A stretch of 64,000 nucleotides of DNA. It comes from an uncultured beta proteobacterium (GTDB taxonomy: Bacteria; Pseudomonadota; Gammaproteobacteria; Burkholderiales; Casimicrobiaceae). Below, piece after piece: positions 44,312 through 54,128 of this stretch (position 1 is the stretch's first letter; each line of letters begins with the position of its first letter). The stretch covers positions 69,912 to 133,911 of the forward strand of contig CAVTFT010000015.1 in the NCBI GenBank assembly GCA_963734085.1, in the 5' to 3' direction. A program made the position numbers and the translations under genes. Under the pieces are notes generated by a model. It did not search any database. It was not told the origin of the DNA and saw only the letters and a list, made by a program, of their open reading frames with translations.

Positions 44312-45904
44312 ATGGCGCTTCCTTCGGGCAGAGCAGGGGCAGGGCGCTTGTGCGGCGCCCGGGTTTTGCCTATAAGTCATCCGGTGCCGTTGCACACCGT
44401 CAGAGCGCCGGAGCTTGCATTGAACGACCCGCTTCCCCGGGACCATGCGTCGCCACTCACGCGTGCGGATCGGGCCTTTGCGCGCGCCGCGGGCTCGGAT
44501 CCGATCGATGGCAACGCGGTGCGGCTGCTGTGCGACGCCGCGGAGAATTTTCCGGCGTGGCTCGCGGCGATCCGCGGCGCCGAACGGTCGATACTGATCG
44601 AAAGCTACGTCTTCGCCAACGACGATGTGGGACGCGAATTCGCCAGCGCACTCGCCGCGAGGGCGCGCGCGGGCGTGCGCGTGCACGCGATTTACGACTG
44701 GGTCGGCGCGTTCGGCGCGCGCGCGCTGTGGCCGCCGCTGATCGCCGCTGGTGGCGAGGTTCGGGCCTTCAATCCGCTGCGCTTTGACAGTCCGCTGGGG
44801 TGGCTTTCGCGCGATCATCGCAAGACGCTCGTGGTCGATGGGCGTATCGGTTTCGTCACCGGCATCGGGATCAGCGCCAAGTGGCTGGGCAATCCGGCGC
44901 GCGGGATGGAGCCGTGGCGCGACGCCGGCATCGAGATATGCGGGCCCGCGGTCGTCGAGCTCGTTCGCGCATTCGCGCAGGTCTGGCAAGCCTGTGGCGG
45001 GACGCCGTTGCCCGCGGAGGTCGCGGGTTCGGAGCCGGTTGGCGTGACGGGCGAGACGCGCCTGCGCGTGGTCGCCGGATCGCCCAATGCCACGGGCACC
45101 TATCGTCTCGACCTCGTGATTGCGTCGCTCGCCCGCCAGACACTCTGGCTCACCGACGCGTATTTTGTCGGCACGTCGGCGTACGTGCAGGCGCTTGCGG
45201 CGGCCGCACGCGATGAGGTTGACGTTCGGCTGCTGGTCCCCGGCGCGAGCGACATCCCGGCGCTGTCGCCGCTGTCGCGGGCCGGTTTTCGCCCGTTGCT
45301 CGAGTCCGGCGTGCGCGTATTCGAATGGAACGGCACGATGCTGCATGCGAAGTCGGCCGTCGCCGATCGGTTCTGGTCGCGGATCGGATCGACGAATCTC
45401 AACATCGCGAGCTGGCTCGGCAACTACGAGCTCGATGTGGCGGTCGAGGACGTCGCCTTCGGCGAGCGGATGGCCGCGCAGTTCGAGGCCGATCTCGCGC
45501 GCGCGACCGAGGTGGTGCTGACGCGCCGCAATCGCGTGCGGCGCGTGCAGGATTCGGATGCGGGTGGAGCGCGGCACGCATTGTCCGGCAGCGCGGGCCG
45601 CGCCGCGGCCGGGGCCGTGAGCGTGGGTAGCGCGCTCGGCGCCGCGCTCACCAATCGACGGCTGCTTGGACCGGCCGAATCGGGGCTGCTGATCAAGGTG
45701 AGCCTCGGCGCGATTGCGCTTGCGATTGTCGCGGCCATCTGGCCAGCCGCGGTCGCGTGGCCGATCGCGATACTGGCGGCGTGGTTCGGTGTCGCATGGC
45801 TCGCGAGAGCGATTGCGCTGCGCCGGAAGTTGCGCGACTCGCGTCGGCCGCCGGAGGTGGACGGGGCTCGTAGTGGAGTCGACGGTGGCAGTCCGTCAGC
45901 GTAG
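44312..45904 (+). CDS. phospholipase D-family protein, cardiolipin synthase (ClsB-like) with C-terminal TM helices
   Basis: Two HKD motifs, DHRKTLVVDGRIGFVTGIGI and LHAKSAVADRFWSRIGSTNLN. Hydrophobic C-terminal segments (LLIKVSLGAIALAIVAAIW, WPIAILAAWFGVAWLA). The exact start is uncertain. Confidence 0.85.
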   Translation: MALPSGRAGAGRLCGARVLPISHPVPLHTVRAPELALNDPLPRDHASPLTRADRAFARAAGSDPIDGNAVRLLCDAAENFPAWLAAIRGAERSILIESYVFANDDVGREFASALAARARAGVRVHAIYDWVGAFGARALWPPLIAAGGEVRAFNPLRFDSPLGWLSRDHRKTLVVDGRIGFVTGIGISAKWLGNPARGMEPWRDAGIEICGPAVVELVRAFAQVWQACGGTPLPAEVAGSEPVGVTGETRLRVVAGSPNATGTYRLDLVIASLARQTLWLTDAYFVGTSAYVQALAAAARDEVDVRLLVPGASDIPALSPLSRAGFRPLLESGVRVFEWNGTMLHAKSAVADRFWSRIGSTNLNIASWLGNYELDVAVEDVAFGERMAAQFEADLARATEVVLTRRNRVRRVQDSDAGGARHALSGSAGRAAAGAVSVGSALGAALTNRRLLGPAESGLLIKVSLGAIALAIVAAIWPAAVAWPIAILAAWFGVAWLARAIALRRKLRDSRRPPEVDGARSGVDGGSPSA

Positions 45905-45909
45905 GCTGC

Positions 45910-45915
45910 TATAAT
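45910..45915 (+). promoter_or_regulatory. consensus -10 box (TATAAT) 9 nt upstream of tRNA-Arg
   Basis: TATAAT at 45910-45915. No good -35 element seen. Confidence 0.35.
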
Positions 45916-45924
45916 TTGCGATTC

Positions 45925-46002
45925 GCGCCCGTAGCTCAGTTGGATTAGAGTACCTGGCTACGAACCAGGGGGTCGTGGGTTCAAATCCTGCCGGGCGCGC
46001 CA
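45925..46002 (+). tRNA. tRNA-Arg (anticodon ACG), CCA encoded
   Basis: Acceptor stem GCGCCCG pairs with CGGGCGC. Anticodon arm CCTGG-CTACGAA-CCAGG. T-arm GTGGG-TTCAAAT-CCTGC. Closely parallels E. coli tRNA-Arg(ACG). Confidence 0.92.
45958..46002 (+). repeat. attL-type core: 3' half of tRNA-Arg, repeated at 63823-63866
   Basis: CTACGAACCAGGGGGTCGTGGGTTCAAATCCTGCCGGGCGCGCCA recurs at 63823-63866 with one G fewer in the G-run. Confidence 0.85.
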
Positions 46003-46113
46003 CTATTCAATGGCTTAGCACCTCAAAACCAGATGCTTGGCTCGTCTGCGCGACTTTTGCGCGACCCTTTATCCACAGGTTAGGGTCGCGCGTCGTTTCT
46101 TTCTCGCTACGCA

Positions 46114-47187
46114 TCAGCCACTTGCGACGCGCAGAATCGTCATAGTTCCGACGCGATCGAGCACTCGATTCGCGAGCCCGATGAGCCGTCCGACGTCCGC
46201 GCTGGCGTAGTGCTCGGGCATCGTTCGTGTGGCGTGGCCGAGCAGTGCCGCGCGATCTTCTTCCGCTACGCCCGCGGCCCGCAGTCGGGTCGCAAAGGTG
46301 TGCCTCAGATCGTGAACCCGAACGTCGGCCAGGTTCGCTTCGCGACGGGCGCGCTGCCACGCCGTATTGTTCATGCGTTCGACGCGTTCGCCTCGATAGG
46401 AGAACACCCATACGGGATGCTTTCCTCTTTGCGTCTCGATAATCGACCACGCCGCGTCATTCAAGATCACCACGTGCGCGCGCCGCGATTTGAACGCCTC
46501 CGCCGGAACTACGAACACGCTGCGACCGAGTTCGGCGATCGGCACCTCCCACGACCACCGTAAGCCACACAGATTAGCATCACGTAAACCAGTGTTAACG
46601 GCAAAGAGCGCCATGCGGGCGAGGTGGTCGGGCAACCGACGGAAGATTCGCTCTTGCTCATCCCAATTGATCGGATGCGGAAGACGAGGCGACTCGCGTA
46701 GCATCGTGATGAGCGGAGGGGCCGTTTCCAGCCATGGGAAGCCGTCTCGATCGCGATAGGCACGCGCGGCACGGTGCAGGATGGTACGCGCGACTTCCAG
46801 CGTCCGGTTGATCGTTGTTGCGCTCACCCCATCGGCCAAGCGTGCCTCTATGAGGGGCCGCAACGTTTCGTCGTGTACTTTGCGAATCTCGAGATCACCA
46901 ACATAACGCGATAGCAATCTCAGATGCCACGCGATATCGGCCTGAGTCCGTTTGTACTTGGATTCGAGTAGGAACCGTTTGGCGCAGTCGGAGAACAGGG
47001 GACGGGCGTGCGCTCTTCGCTCCAGTTCCCACTCGAGACGCTCCAATTCCTGCGAAAGCCGACGCTCCGCCTGCTCCTGACATACCAACCCCAGACGCGC
47101 GAATATACGCTCGCCACGGTATTCCTTGTTGATGGTGCGAAAACCCTCGGCATCGACGGTAATGCCTCGTGTGCATGTTGTGGCCAT
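46114..47187 (-). CDS. tyrosine-type site-specific integrase
   Basis: ATG 47187 is preceded by AGGAGG. C-terminal catalytic region is ...VVILNDAAWS...HDLRHTFATRLRAAGV...ALLGHATRTMPEHYA (R, HxxR, Y). The track start at 47235 is probably too long. Confidence 0.9.
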   Translation of the reverse strand: MATTCTRGITVDAEGFRTINKEYRGERIFARLGLVCQEQAERRLSQELERLEWELERRAHARPLFSDCAKRFLLESKYKRTQADIAWHLRLLSRYVGDLEIRKVHDETLRPLIEARLADGVSATTINRTLEVARTILHRAARAYRDRDGFPWLETAPPLITMLRESPRLPHPINWDEQERIFRRLPDHLARMALFAVNTGLRDANLCGLRWSWEVPIAELGRSVFVVPAEAFKSRRAHVVILNDAAWSIIETQRGKHPVWVFSYRGERVERMNNTAWQRARREANLADVRVHDLRHTFATRLRAAGVAEEDRAALLGHATRTMPEHYASADVGRLIGLANRVLDRVGTMTILRVASG

Positions 47188-47635
47188 GAACTCCTCCTGA
47201 ATGGGACGGAGGAGCATTTTGGAAAGTCGCGACAAGACCAGGCAAGTTGGCGACCAATGGATTCCTAATTTGTACCGCGGTTACGGAGCTTTTCTAAATC
47301 AAGCTCTCGCAACACACGTCAAGTTTCAAGAGCAGGTACGCGCAGCCTCAGAGCAGTTGCAAAGAGGCAACCGAAGTTACGAAATGGCTACGCTCGCTAT
47401 CGTCCAAGTTCGAGCCGCACCGATGCTCTGAACGGCTGCAGGCGGGTAGTGTGAGTTCGTGGCGGCGCCCGTTACCCGCCGTTGGCGTCAAGAACCTCGG
47501 CGGTCGAAGGGCGGCTATCGGTGAACACCGGCAATCGCGGCTGTCGCCATGAGCGGTCCTGCATCACGGCCGTCCAACCTGCTCCAACGCGGTCATCGCC
47601 AATCGAGTCGATCGTAGTGCGCCAGCCCGGCCGGT

Positions 47636-48808
47636 TCACGCGCGGGCCGCTGCTGCACGTCCGGTGATTCCCTTGTTCGGATCGATCAGGTATTTTGTGC
47701 CCGTCGCCCGCTTGCCGTACACCGCGATCTCGTCCAGCCGCAGCGCCTCGGCAAGCGAAATCACCTTGGTGTAGTGGCTGGCGAAGGTCGTCTTCAATTC
47801 GGCAACGATCCGCTGTCGCAGCTTCTCCGCGGCCGCGGGCCCGATCTTCTGCAGGAATGGCCAAAGCAGCCAGCCGCCGATGCTCCAGGCAAAGCCGAAG
47901 TTGCGCGAAAGCACCGTCGGCGTGAGGTCGAGCGCCCCGTAGATGTATAGCTGCTTGTGCGTCGCCGACCCGTACCGGCTGTACTCCGTCGCCGATCGGG
48001 TTAGCGCGGCCTCCATGCAGGTGAGTATCTGTCCGGCCAGCGCGCCACCGCCGATTGCGTCGAAGGCCAGCGTCGCTCCGGTAGCTATGATGGCATCCGT
48101 GAGATCCTGCATGAATGTCGGACTGCCGATGTTGCACACGTGGCGGGCGCCCATTGTTTTCAGTAAATCCTGCTGCTCCTGCGTGCGCACGACGTTCACC
48201 AACCCAATGTTTTCAGCGATGCAGATCCGGTTGAGCATCTGGCCGAGGTTGGAGGCCGCCGCGGTGTGTACCAGCGCCGCGTGACCTTCGCGGCGCATGG
48301 TCTCGACCATGCCCAGCGCGGTGAGCGGGTTGACGAAGCATGACGCGCCATCGGCCGGCGCAGTGCCCTCCGGCAGGATCAGGCATTGCCCCACCTTGAC
48401 GCAGCGGTACTGCGAGTACATGGCGCCGCCGAAAAGCGCCACGGTCTTGCCCAGTAGCGCCTGCGCCGCGCCGGACGAGCCGGCTGCGACGACTACGCCG
48501 GCTCCCTCGTTGCCGACGGGCAGCGACTGATCAAGGCGGCCGGCCATGCTCTTCATTCGACTTTCGGGGATGCGCGCCGTTACGATCGGTTTGGCGGCGG
48601 TGCCAGAAGCTGTCGCAGTGCTCATATCGGCAGCGCCGAACAGGAGTCCCAAATCCGAAGGATTGATCGGAGTTGCTTCGACCCGGACGACAACCTCGTC
48701 CGCTTGGGGAAGCGGGGTTTCCAGCGCGACGACCGAGAGTTCGAGCTCGCCGCTCCGCCTGATCAGCGAGCGGAGCTGAAGCCCATGACTTGCGATGATG
48801 TTGTCCAT
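47636..48808 (-). CDS. medium-chain dehydrogenase/reductase (quinone oxidoreductase-like)
   Basis: The ATG at 48808 gives 390 aa: EVVVRVEATPINPSDL...VGNEGAGVVVAAG...ALVHTAAASNLGQML. Confidence 0.8.
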   Translation of the reverse strand: MDNIIASHGLQLRSLIRRSGELELSVVALETPLPQADEVVVRVEATPINPSDLGLLFGAADMSTATASGTAAKPIVTARIPESRMKSMAGRLDQSLPVGNEGAGVVVAAGSSGAAQALLGKTVALFGGAMYSQYRCVKVGQCLILPEGTAPADGASCFVNPLTALGMVETMRREGHAALVHTAAASNLGQMLNRICIAENIGLVNVVRTQEQQDLLKTMGARHVCNIGSPTFMQDLTDAIIATGATLAFDAIGGGALAGQILTCMEAALTRSATEYSRYGSATHKQLYIYGALDLTPTVLSRNFGFAWSIGGWLLWPFLQKIGPAAAEKLRQRIVAELKTTFASHYTKVISLAEALRLDEIAVYGKRATGTKYLIDPNKGITGRAAAARA

Positions 48809-49729
48809 TCGAAGCGTCCGCCAATGTTGACGGGGCGAGTATAGGCGGTCGGGGAGCGTGGCGATTATGGCTCCGACGCGAACGTCCTCTGATCGTTTGC
48901 CTTTCCCAAACCCGATGGTCAGCCGCGGCCGGCTGTAGCCGGTCTCGCGGATGGCTCGGTTCGGCCACAAGCTGCCGGCCGCGCTAAAAAGCTGGCATCC
49001 CGAAAGCGGTCGTCACCGGATGGTTCCGGACGCCTTGACGGACGCGCACGAAGCAATACGGGTTGACCTATGGCTCTACAGGTCCGAAGACCCGCGGCTC
49101 TCTGAGGCTTGCCCAATCTACGCGGCTAGCTTACGTGCTTGCCTTCATCGCCCGCGATGGGCAATCAGGGGTGCAAGCTCCCTTGCACGATGTGAAAACG
49201 ATGGATGACGCTGTCGCTAATTGATACCCGAAATGGCCGGGAAAGAGGGGGCTTTCGACGTCAGCATACGACCCCAAGGGCGCCCTAATCGATTCCAGTG
49301 AAAACCCGATAAGGTGCGCAAAAGCGAGCGGCTTGACTCGGTACTGTTGGGCGGTGCGGTGTCGGCCTGCGCGCGCAGGACTCCTGTACCGGTTGACGGT
49401 GTAACAAGCGTCTTTGTATGCTACGCGCCTTCCTGCGCCGCCATTGCTCCCACGAGTCTCGATGCACGTCCCTGAGACTCGCGTACCTCGGCACGCTTGG
49501 ACATGCGCACGGTTTTCTGCTGTGGCCGGCCGTCGCGCTTCATGCAGCGGTGGCGTTGTTGCTAACATGGACCTGGCACGGTGGGCGACGGCAGAAGGCG
49601 ATCGGCAAGTGAGCCCATCGACGCACCGGTACGGTCCAGAGGGCTGAACCGGACAGCGGCAACTCGCTGCCAATTCGACGCTGATCGCGATAATCAGCTC
49701 TCAGGGATCTCCGTGCGGCGAACAAATCG

Positions 49730-51559
49730 ATGAGCTGGATCGAAGTCACATGGATAGTCATGGCATCGTGGAGCCTCGGGCTCGGCCTCATCCATCTGTT
49801 CATTTGGACCCGGCAGCGCTCGCAACTCCAGTTTCTTCTGTTCTGTGTGCTCGCAGTTTCCGTCGCGGCGTTCGGCGTGTTTGAACTGACTGTAATGCGG
49901 ACGCAGACCGCACAGCAATACGCCAGTGCCGCAAGGTGGGCACAAGTGCCGCTCACCGTCGTCGTTCTTGCGATCCTGGCATTTGTGCAAGTTTACTTCG
50001 GGACCGGAAGGGCTTGGCTCGCGTATGCAGCGGCGGCATTCCGCCTCGTGGCCTTGGTCGCGAACTTCACGACCGGCGAAACGCTCGTGCTGCGCGAGAT
50101 TACGGGGATCGAGCGGTTGCCGCTCGCAGGAGGAGCCGTGGTGTCGGTCCCGATCGGTCACGTCAATCCCTGGATCGCGTTCGCCCAGATCAGCAACCTC
50201 TTGCTGATCGCCTATGTGGCCGACGCGACCATCGCGCTGTGGCGCCGCGGTGGCCCGGAATGCCGTCGGCGTGCCGTACTCATCGGAGGGGCGCTTCTTG
50301 TGTTCCTCACCATCGCGATCGTGATGGGGGTTCTGATCTTCACAGGGTCCGTTCGTGCGCCAACGCCGCTTACGGCGTGCTTTCTCGTCGTCGTCGCGGC
50401 AATGGGTTGTGAGCTTGGATGGCACGTGATTCGTTCGGGCCAGCTTGCGCGCGAAGTGCACGAGAGCGAGCAGCGTATGGACCTTGCAGCCCGAGCCGCG
50501 AGGTTGGCCTTCTGGTCGTTGGACGCCGGCCATCCGGAGATATGGCTCAGTACGCAGGGGCGAGCCCTGTTCGGCATCGCAGATTCCGGGCCCGTCGACC
50601 TCGAGCGATTTCTGACCTTCGTGCATCCGGACGATCGCGACACGCTGCGGACGGCGCTTCAGGCTGCCTTACGTAGCCGGGGTGCATTCGAGAAGGAGGT
50701 GAGGGTCAACCTGCCGGCGAGCGATTTGCGCTGGATCGCCGTGCGCGGCCAGATCGGGAGCGATGCCTCGGGCGCCTCAGCGCTGTTGCGTGGTGTCGCG
50801 CTCGATGTCACCGCGCGCTGGCGGCTCGAACAGCAGGCGGCGCAGCAGCGCAACGAGCTCGCCCACCTGTCGCGAGTGGCAACCCTCGGGGTGCTGTCCG
50901 GCTCTCTCGCGCACGAGATCAACCAGCCGCTGATGGGCATCCTCAGCAATGCCCAGGCAGCGCAACGCTTCCTCGCGGGCGACGACGTGGACCTCGACGA
51001 GGTGCGCGAGATCCTTGCCGATATCGTCGAGGACGACAAACGGGCGGGCGAGGTCATCCGGCGCCTGCGGCTGTTGCTCAAGAAGGGCGAAGTTCAGCAC
51101 GGGTGGCTCGAAATCGGTAACGTCGTGGACGATGTGTTGCGCCTGACGCGCAACGACCTCATGAATCGCGATGTCAAGGTCACGGCCGAGCTCGCCGCGG
51201 ACGTTCCTTTGATCGTGGGGGACCGGATCCAGCTGCAGCAGGTGTTGCTCAACCTGGTGGTGAATGCATGCGATGCAATGGAGCGAGCCGAACATCGTGA
51301 GCTGTTCATCACGACGCGATGTCCGGACGGCGCCAATGTCGAAGTCTCGGTGTCCGATCGCGGCGAAGGCGTACCGCCCGCCGACCTGGAAAGGATCTTC
51401 GAGCCCTTCGTAACCTCGAAGGAGCATGGCATGGGATTGGGCCTCTCGGTGTGCCGTACCATCATTTCCGCGCACCACGGTAGGTTATGGGCGGAAAACA
51501 ACGCGGACCCCGGGGCGACATTCCGCTTCACGCTGCCGCTTGCCACAGACGCGAAATGA
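49730..51559 (+). CDS. membrane sensor histidine kinase (multi-TM sensor, PAS, HisKA, HATPase)
   Basis: 609 aa with about six N-terminal TM helices and a PAS-like segment (FWSLDAG...FVHPDDRD...). H-box SLAHEINQPL, N box LLNLVVNACDAM, G boxes DRGEGV and GMGLGLSVCRTI. Confidence 0.88.
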   Translation: MSWIEVTWIVMASWSLGLGLIHLFIWTRQRSQLQFLLFCVLAVSVAAFGVFELTVMRTQTAQQYASAARWAQVPLTVVVLAILAFVQVYFGTGRAWLAYAAAAFRLVALVANFTTGETLVLREITGIERLPLAGGAVVSVPIGHVNPWIAFAQISNLLLIAYVADATIALWRRGGPECRRRAVLIGGALLVFLTIAIVMGVLIFTGSVRAPTPLTACFLVVVAAMGCELGWHVIRSGQLAREVHESEQRMDLAARAARLAFWSLDAGHPEIWLSTQGRALFGIADSGPVDLERFLTFVHPDDRDTLRTALQAALRSRGAFEKEVRVNLPASDLRWIAVRGQIGSDASGASALLRGVALDVTARWRLEQQAAQQRNELAHLSRVATLGVLSGSLAHEINQPLMGILSNAQAAQRFLAGDDVDLDEVREILADIVEDDKRAGEVIRRLRLLLKKGEVQHGWLEIGNVVDDVLRLTRNDLMNRDVKVTAELAADVPLIVGDRIQLQQVLLNLVVNACDAMERAEHRELFITTRCPDGANVEVSVSDRGEGVPPADLERIFEPFVTSKEHGMGLGLSVCRTIISAHHGRLWAENNADPGATFRFTLPLATDAK

Positions 51560-52191
51560 CGAGCGGTACGGCGACCGTCTTCGTCGTGGACGATGACCCG
51601 TCGGTGCGAAAGGGCGTCTGCCGGCTCCTTCGCTCCACTGGGCTTCGCGCCGAGGCATTCTCGTCGGCGCATGATTTCCTGGAGCGGCACGATCGCGACG
51701 TCACGGGTTGCGTGATCCTCGACCTCGCGATGCCGGGACTCGACGGACTTGCGATGCAGCAGGCCCTGACCGATTGTGGCAGCGTCCTTCCCATCGTCTT
51801 TTTGAGCGGGCGCGGTGACGTCCCAACCACCGTGCAGGCCATGAAGCAAGGCGCGATGGACTTCCTGACCAAGCCCGTCAGCGACGAGGAATTGCTCCGC
51901 GCGGTGCGCCACGCCATCGAGCGGTGCGAGACGCTGCGTGAGACGCGTCGGGAAATGACGGAAATCGAGCGGCGGATCGGGACGCTGACACCGCGCGAGC
52001 ACGAAGTGCTTACGCATCTCGTATCCGGCAGGTTGAACAAGCAGATCGCGGCGGATCTCGGCACCGTCGAGCAGACGATCAAGGTGCATCGCGCGCGCAT
52101 CATGCGGAAGATGCAAGCAGGGACGTTTGCAGCGCTGATACGGCTCGCCGAACGCGGGGGCATCAAGACCCCCTCGAACCGCAGGGGCTGA
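51556..52191 (+). CDS. FixJ/LuxR-family response regulator
   Basis: ATGA overlap with the kinase gene. Receiver VFVVDDDPSVR...DLAMPGLDG...TKP. LuxR HTH LTPREHEVLTHLVSGRLNKQIAADLGTVEQTIKVHRARIMRKM. Confidence 0.9.
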   Translation: MTSGTATVFVVDDDPSVRKGVCRLLRSTGLRAEAFSSAHDFLERHDRDVTGCVILDLAMPGLDGLAMQQALTDCGSVLPIVFLSGRGDVPTTVQAMKQGAMDFLTKPVSDEELLRAVRHAIERCETLRETRREMTEIERRIGTLTPREHEVLTHLVSGRLNKQIAADLGTVEQTIKVHRARIMRKMQAGTFAALIRLAERGGIKTPSNRRG

Positions 52192-52288
52192 TCGCGCTCT
52201 TGCCGTACCCGCTCGGCGGGTGCGTCGACCCGCCATTGAACTAAGGTTCAATTTCGCTGGCGGCCGGCCTGGCCTAGGCTGCCGGCAA

Positions 52289-52678
52289 ATGATCAACAAG
52301 ACGGTACGCGTCGCAGTCGTCGACGACGATCCTTTCGTCCTCAGGGGGCTGCGTCGCCTGCTTCGGTCGGCCGGACTCGAGGTCGACACCTATGCATCGG
52401 GAGCAGCGTTCCTGAGCGTGGTTGCAACGAGCGAGCGGGACTGCGTCGTGCTCGACCTGCATATGCCCCAGACGAGCGGATTCGACGTACAGATGCGACT
52501 CTCCGAAGGCGGGCGAAGCACTCCCGTCATCGTCATCACGGGCGACGACACCCCGGAAGCACGGTCGCGCGCGCTCTCGCTTGGCGCGAAATCCTATCTG
52601 GCCAAGCCCATCGACGAGGCGACGCTGCTGGCGGCGATCGCCGCCGCGATCGGCCGTACCCAGGAAGCGTCCCCGTGA
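52289..52678 (+). CDS. single-domain (CheY-like) response regulator
   Basis: 129 aa: VAVVDDDPFVLRGL...VLDLHMPQTSGFD...VIVITGDD...YLAKP. No output domain. Confidence 0.85.
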   Translation: MINKTVRVAVVDDDPFVLRGLRRLLRSAGLEVDTYASGAAFLSVVATSERDCVVLDLHMPQTSGFDVQMRLSEGGRSTPVIVITGDDTPEARSRALSLGAKSYLAKPIDEATLLAAIAAAIGRTQEASP

Positions 52679-52771
52679 GCGGGCAAAGTCGATCGAGGGG
52701 ACATTCGAATGCAGTTGCAGTTGATTGGCGCACTGTCGCCGTCGTCGCGTCGAAAAGTGAAAGGAGAACAC

Positions 52772-53065
52772 ATGAAACGCTGGCTTCCCTTCGTTGTGGT
52801 TCCGACACTGCTCGCGGCGGGCATCGCCTTCGCGCAGTACCCGATCATGGACATGGTCGCGAGCACGGTGATCCAGAAGTACCAGAGCTCGAGTTGCGAG
52901 CAGTTGTGGCAGGAAAGAGCGCAGGGTCAGGGCAAGCCGAAGCCGGAGATGGAACAGCGCGCGATCAACGCGCTGAAGCAGGATCCTCAGATGCGCCAGG
53001 CGTTCTTCAACAAAGTGGCGGCACCGATCGTCAACAAGATGTTCGAATGCGGGATGATTCCGTGA
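52772..53065 (+). CDS. small exported protein, 97 aa, two Cys
   Basis: AAGGAG Shine-Dalgarno, then MKRWLPFVVVPTLLAAGIAFA-QY signal peptide. Mature part has C...C (SSSCEQLW...MFECGMIP). No family recognised. Confidence 0.55.
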   Translation: MKRWLPFVVVPTLLAAGIAFAQYPIMDMVASTVIQKYQSSSCEQLWQERAQGQGKPKPEMEQRAINALKQDPQMRQAFFNKVAAPIVNKMFECGMIP

Positions 53066-53115
53066 CGGCTCACTGTGCCGACGCGTTAAGCGGGCATGCA
53101 TTTGACGGAGGAAAC

Positions 53116-53214
53116 ATGAGCGGCGCCACCCGCACGAGCCTGCGCAACGTGGCCTACGGCATTCTGATCGGTGTCGCGATCATGGCCGTCCTCGTGATCT
53201 TGGGATTTGCATGA
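53116..53214 (+). CDS. possible 32-aa single-TM micropeptide
   Basis: GGAGGAAAC upstream. MSGATRTSLRNVAYGILIGVAIMAVLVILGFA. Its stop overlaps the next ATG (ATGA). Short, so speculative. Confidence 0.3.
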   Translation: MSGATRTSLRNVAYGILIGVAIMAVLVILGFA

Positions 53215-54128
53215 AGCGGCGACCCTCGTTCGCGATGCTACAGCGGTGGCTGCGCGAGCCGCTGCTGCACTTCCTGCTTGCCGGGCTCGCGGTCTTCGTC
53301 GTATTCCGTGCGCTCAATCCTGCGTCGGTAGACCCCGCGTCGTCCAATGCGATCAGGCTCACGGACGACGACATTCGGCAGATGGCGGTGGCATGGGTCG
53401 CACAGGGACGATCCCCGCCGACCCCGGAGCAGATGCAAAACCTCGTGGAGATGAAGATCCACGAGGAGATCTTCTTCCGCGAAGCCCTCGCGCTGGGTCT
53501 CGACAAGAACGACACCATCGTCAAGCGTCGACTGGCGCAGAAAATGGAGTTCCTGACCGAAGATGTTTCCGGCATCGATGAACCCGCTCGTGATGAACTC
53601 CGGGCGTGGTTCGCGAAGAACGCCGAGCGTTTCGCATCTGCGCCACGGGTTTCGTTTCACCACGTCTATTTCTCGCCCGATCGCCGCGGCACGCGCGCGC
53701 GCGAGGACGCGGCACGGTCGGTCGAGAAGCTTCGCGGCGCGCCCCGCGATTCGCCCATCGCGGCCGGACTTGGCGACCGGTTCATGTTCCAGGACGACTA
53801 CGCGGATCGCTTGTTCGATCAACTGGCGAGCGTCTTCGGCTCTGCGTTCGCGCAGTCGCTGTTCGGGCTCGAATCCGGCTCGTGGCAGGGGCCGATCGAG
53901 TCCGGGTACGGATGGCACCTCGTCTGGATCGATTCGGTCGCGCCAAAGCGCATCCCCGCCTTCGAGGAGGTCGAGCCGGAGGTCAAGCAGGAATGGATTG
54001 CCGAGCGCCGCGCCGAGGCGAAGCGCCAGACCTATCAAGCGATGCGCGCGCGCTACGAGGTGGTACTGCCCGAGGCGAGCGGCCGCCTGGCAGCCGCGAC
54101 CGCCGTCGAGAAGACCAGCGCACGCTAA
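53211..54128 (+). CDS. membrane-anchored PpiC/parvulin-type peptidyl-prolyl isomerase-like protein
   Basis: 305 aa with an N-terminal TM helix (LLHFLLAGLAVFVVF). C-terminal WQGPIESGYGWHLVWIDSV resembles the rotamase core of PpiD/SurA-like proteins. Confidence 0.75.
   Translation: MKRRPSFAMLQRWLREPLLHFLLAGLAVFVVFRALNPASVDPASSNAIRLTDDDIRQMAVAWVAQGRSPPTPEQMQNLVEMKIHEEIFFREALALGLDKNDTIVKRRLAQKMEFLTEDVSGIDEPARDELRAWFAKNAERFASAPRVSFHHVYFSPDRRGTRAREDAARSVEKLRGAPRDSPIAAGLGDRFMFQDDYADRLFDQLASVFGSAFAQSLFGLESGSWQGPIESGYGWHLVWIDSVAPKRIPAFEEVEPEVKQEWIAERRAEAKRQTYQAMRARYEVVLPEASGRLAAATAVEKTSAR

Noticed and set aside
44312-45904. PLD-family protein as a defence-system nuclease next to a mobile element.
   Set aside because: Two full HKD motifs in one chain, membrane helices and backbone-like composition fit a cardiolipin/phospholipid synthase. 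It has no partner genes typical of defence operons.
47201-47431. 76-aa ORF upstream of the integrase as an excisionase or AlpA-like regulator.
   Set aside because: No helix-turn-helix or AlpA-like motif and no convincing ribosome-binding site. It overlaps the extended integrase ORF region.
49131-49673. 180-aa minus-strand ORF in the island gap as a real gene.
   Set aside because: The Cys/Arg/Ala-rich translation has no motif, signal or ribosome-binding site. It overlaps equally unconvincing plus-strand ORFs.
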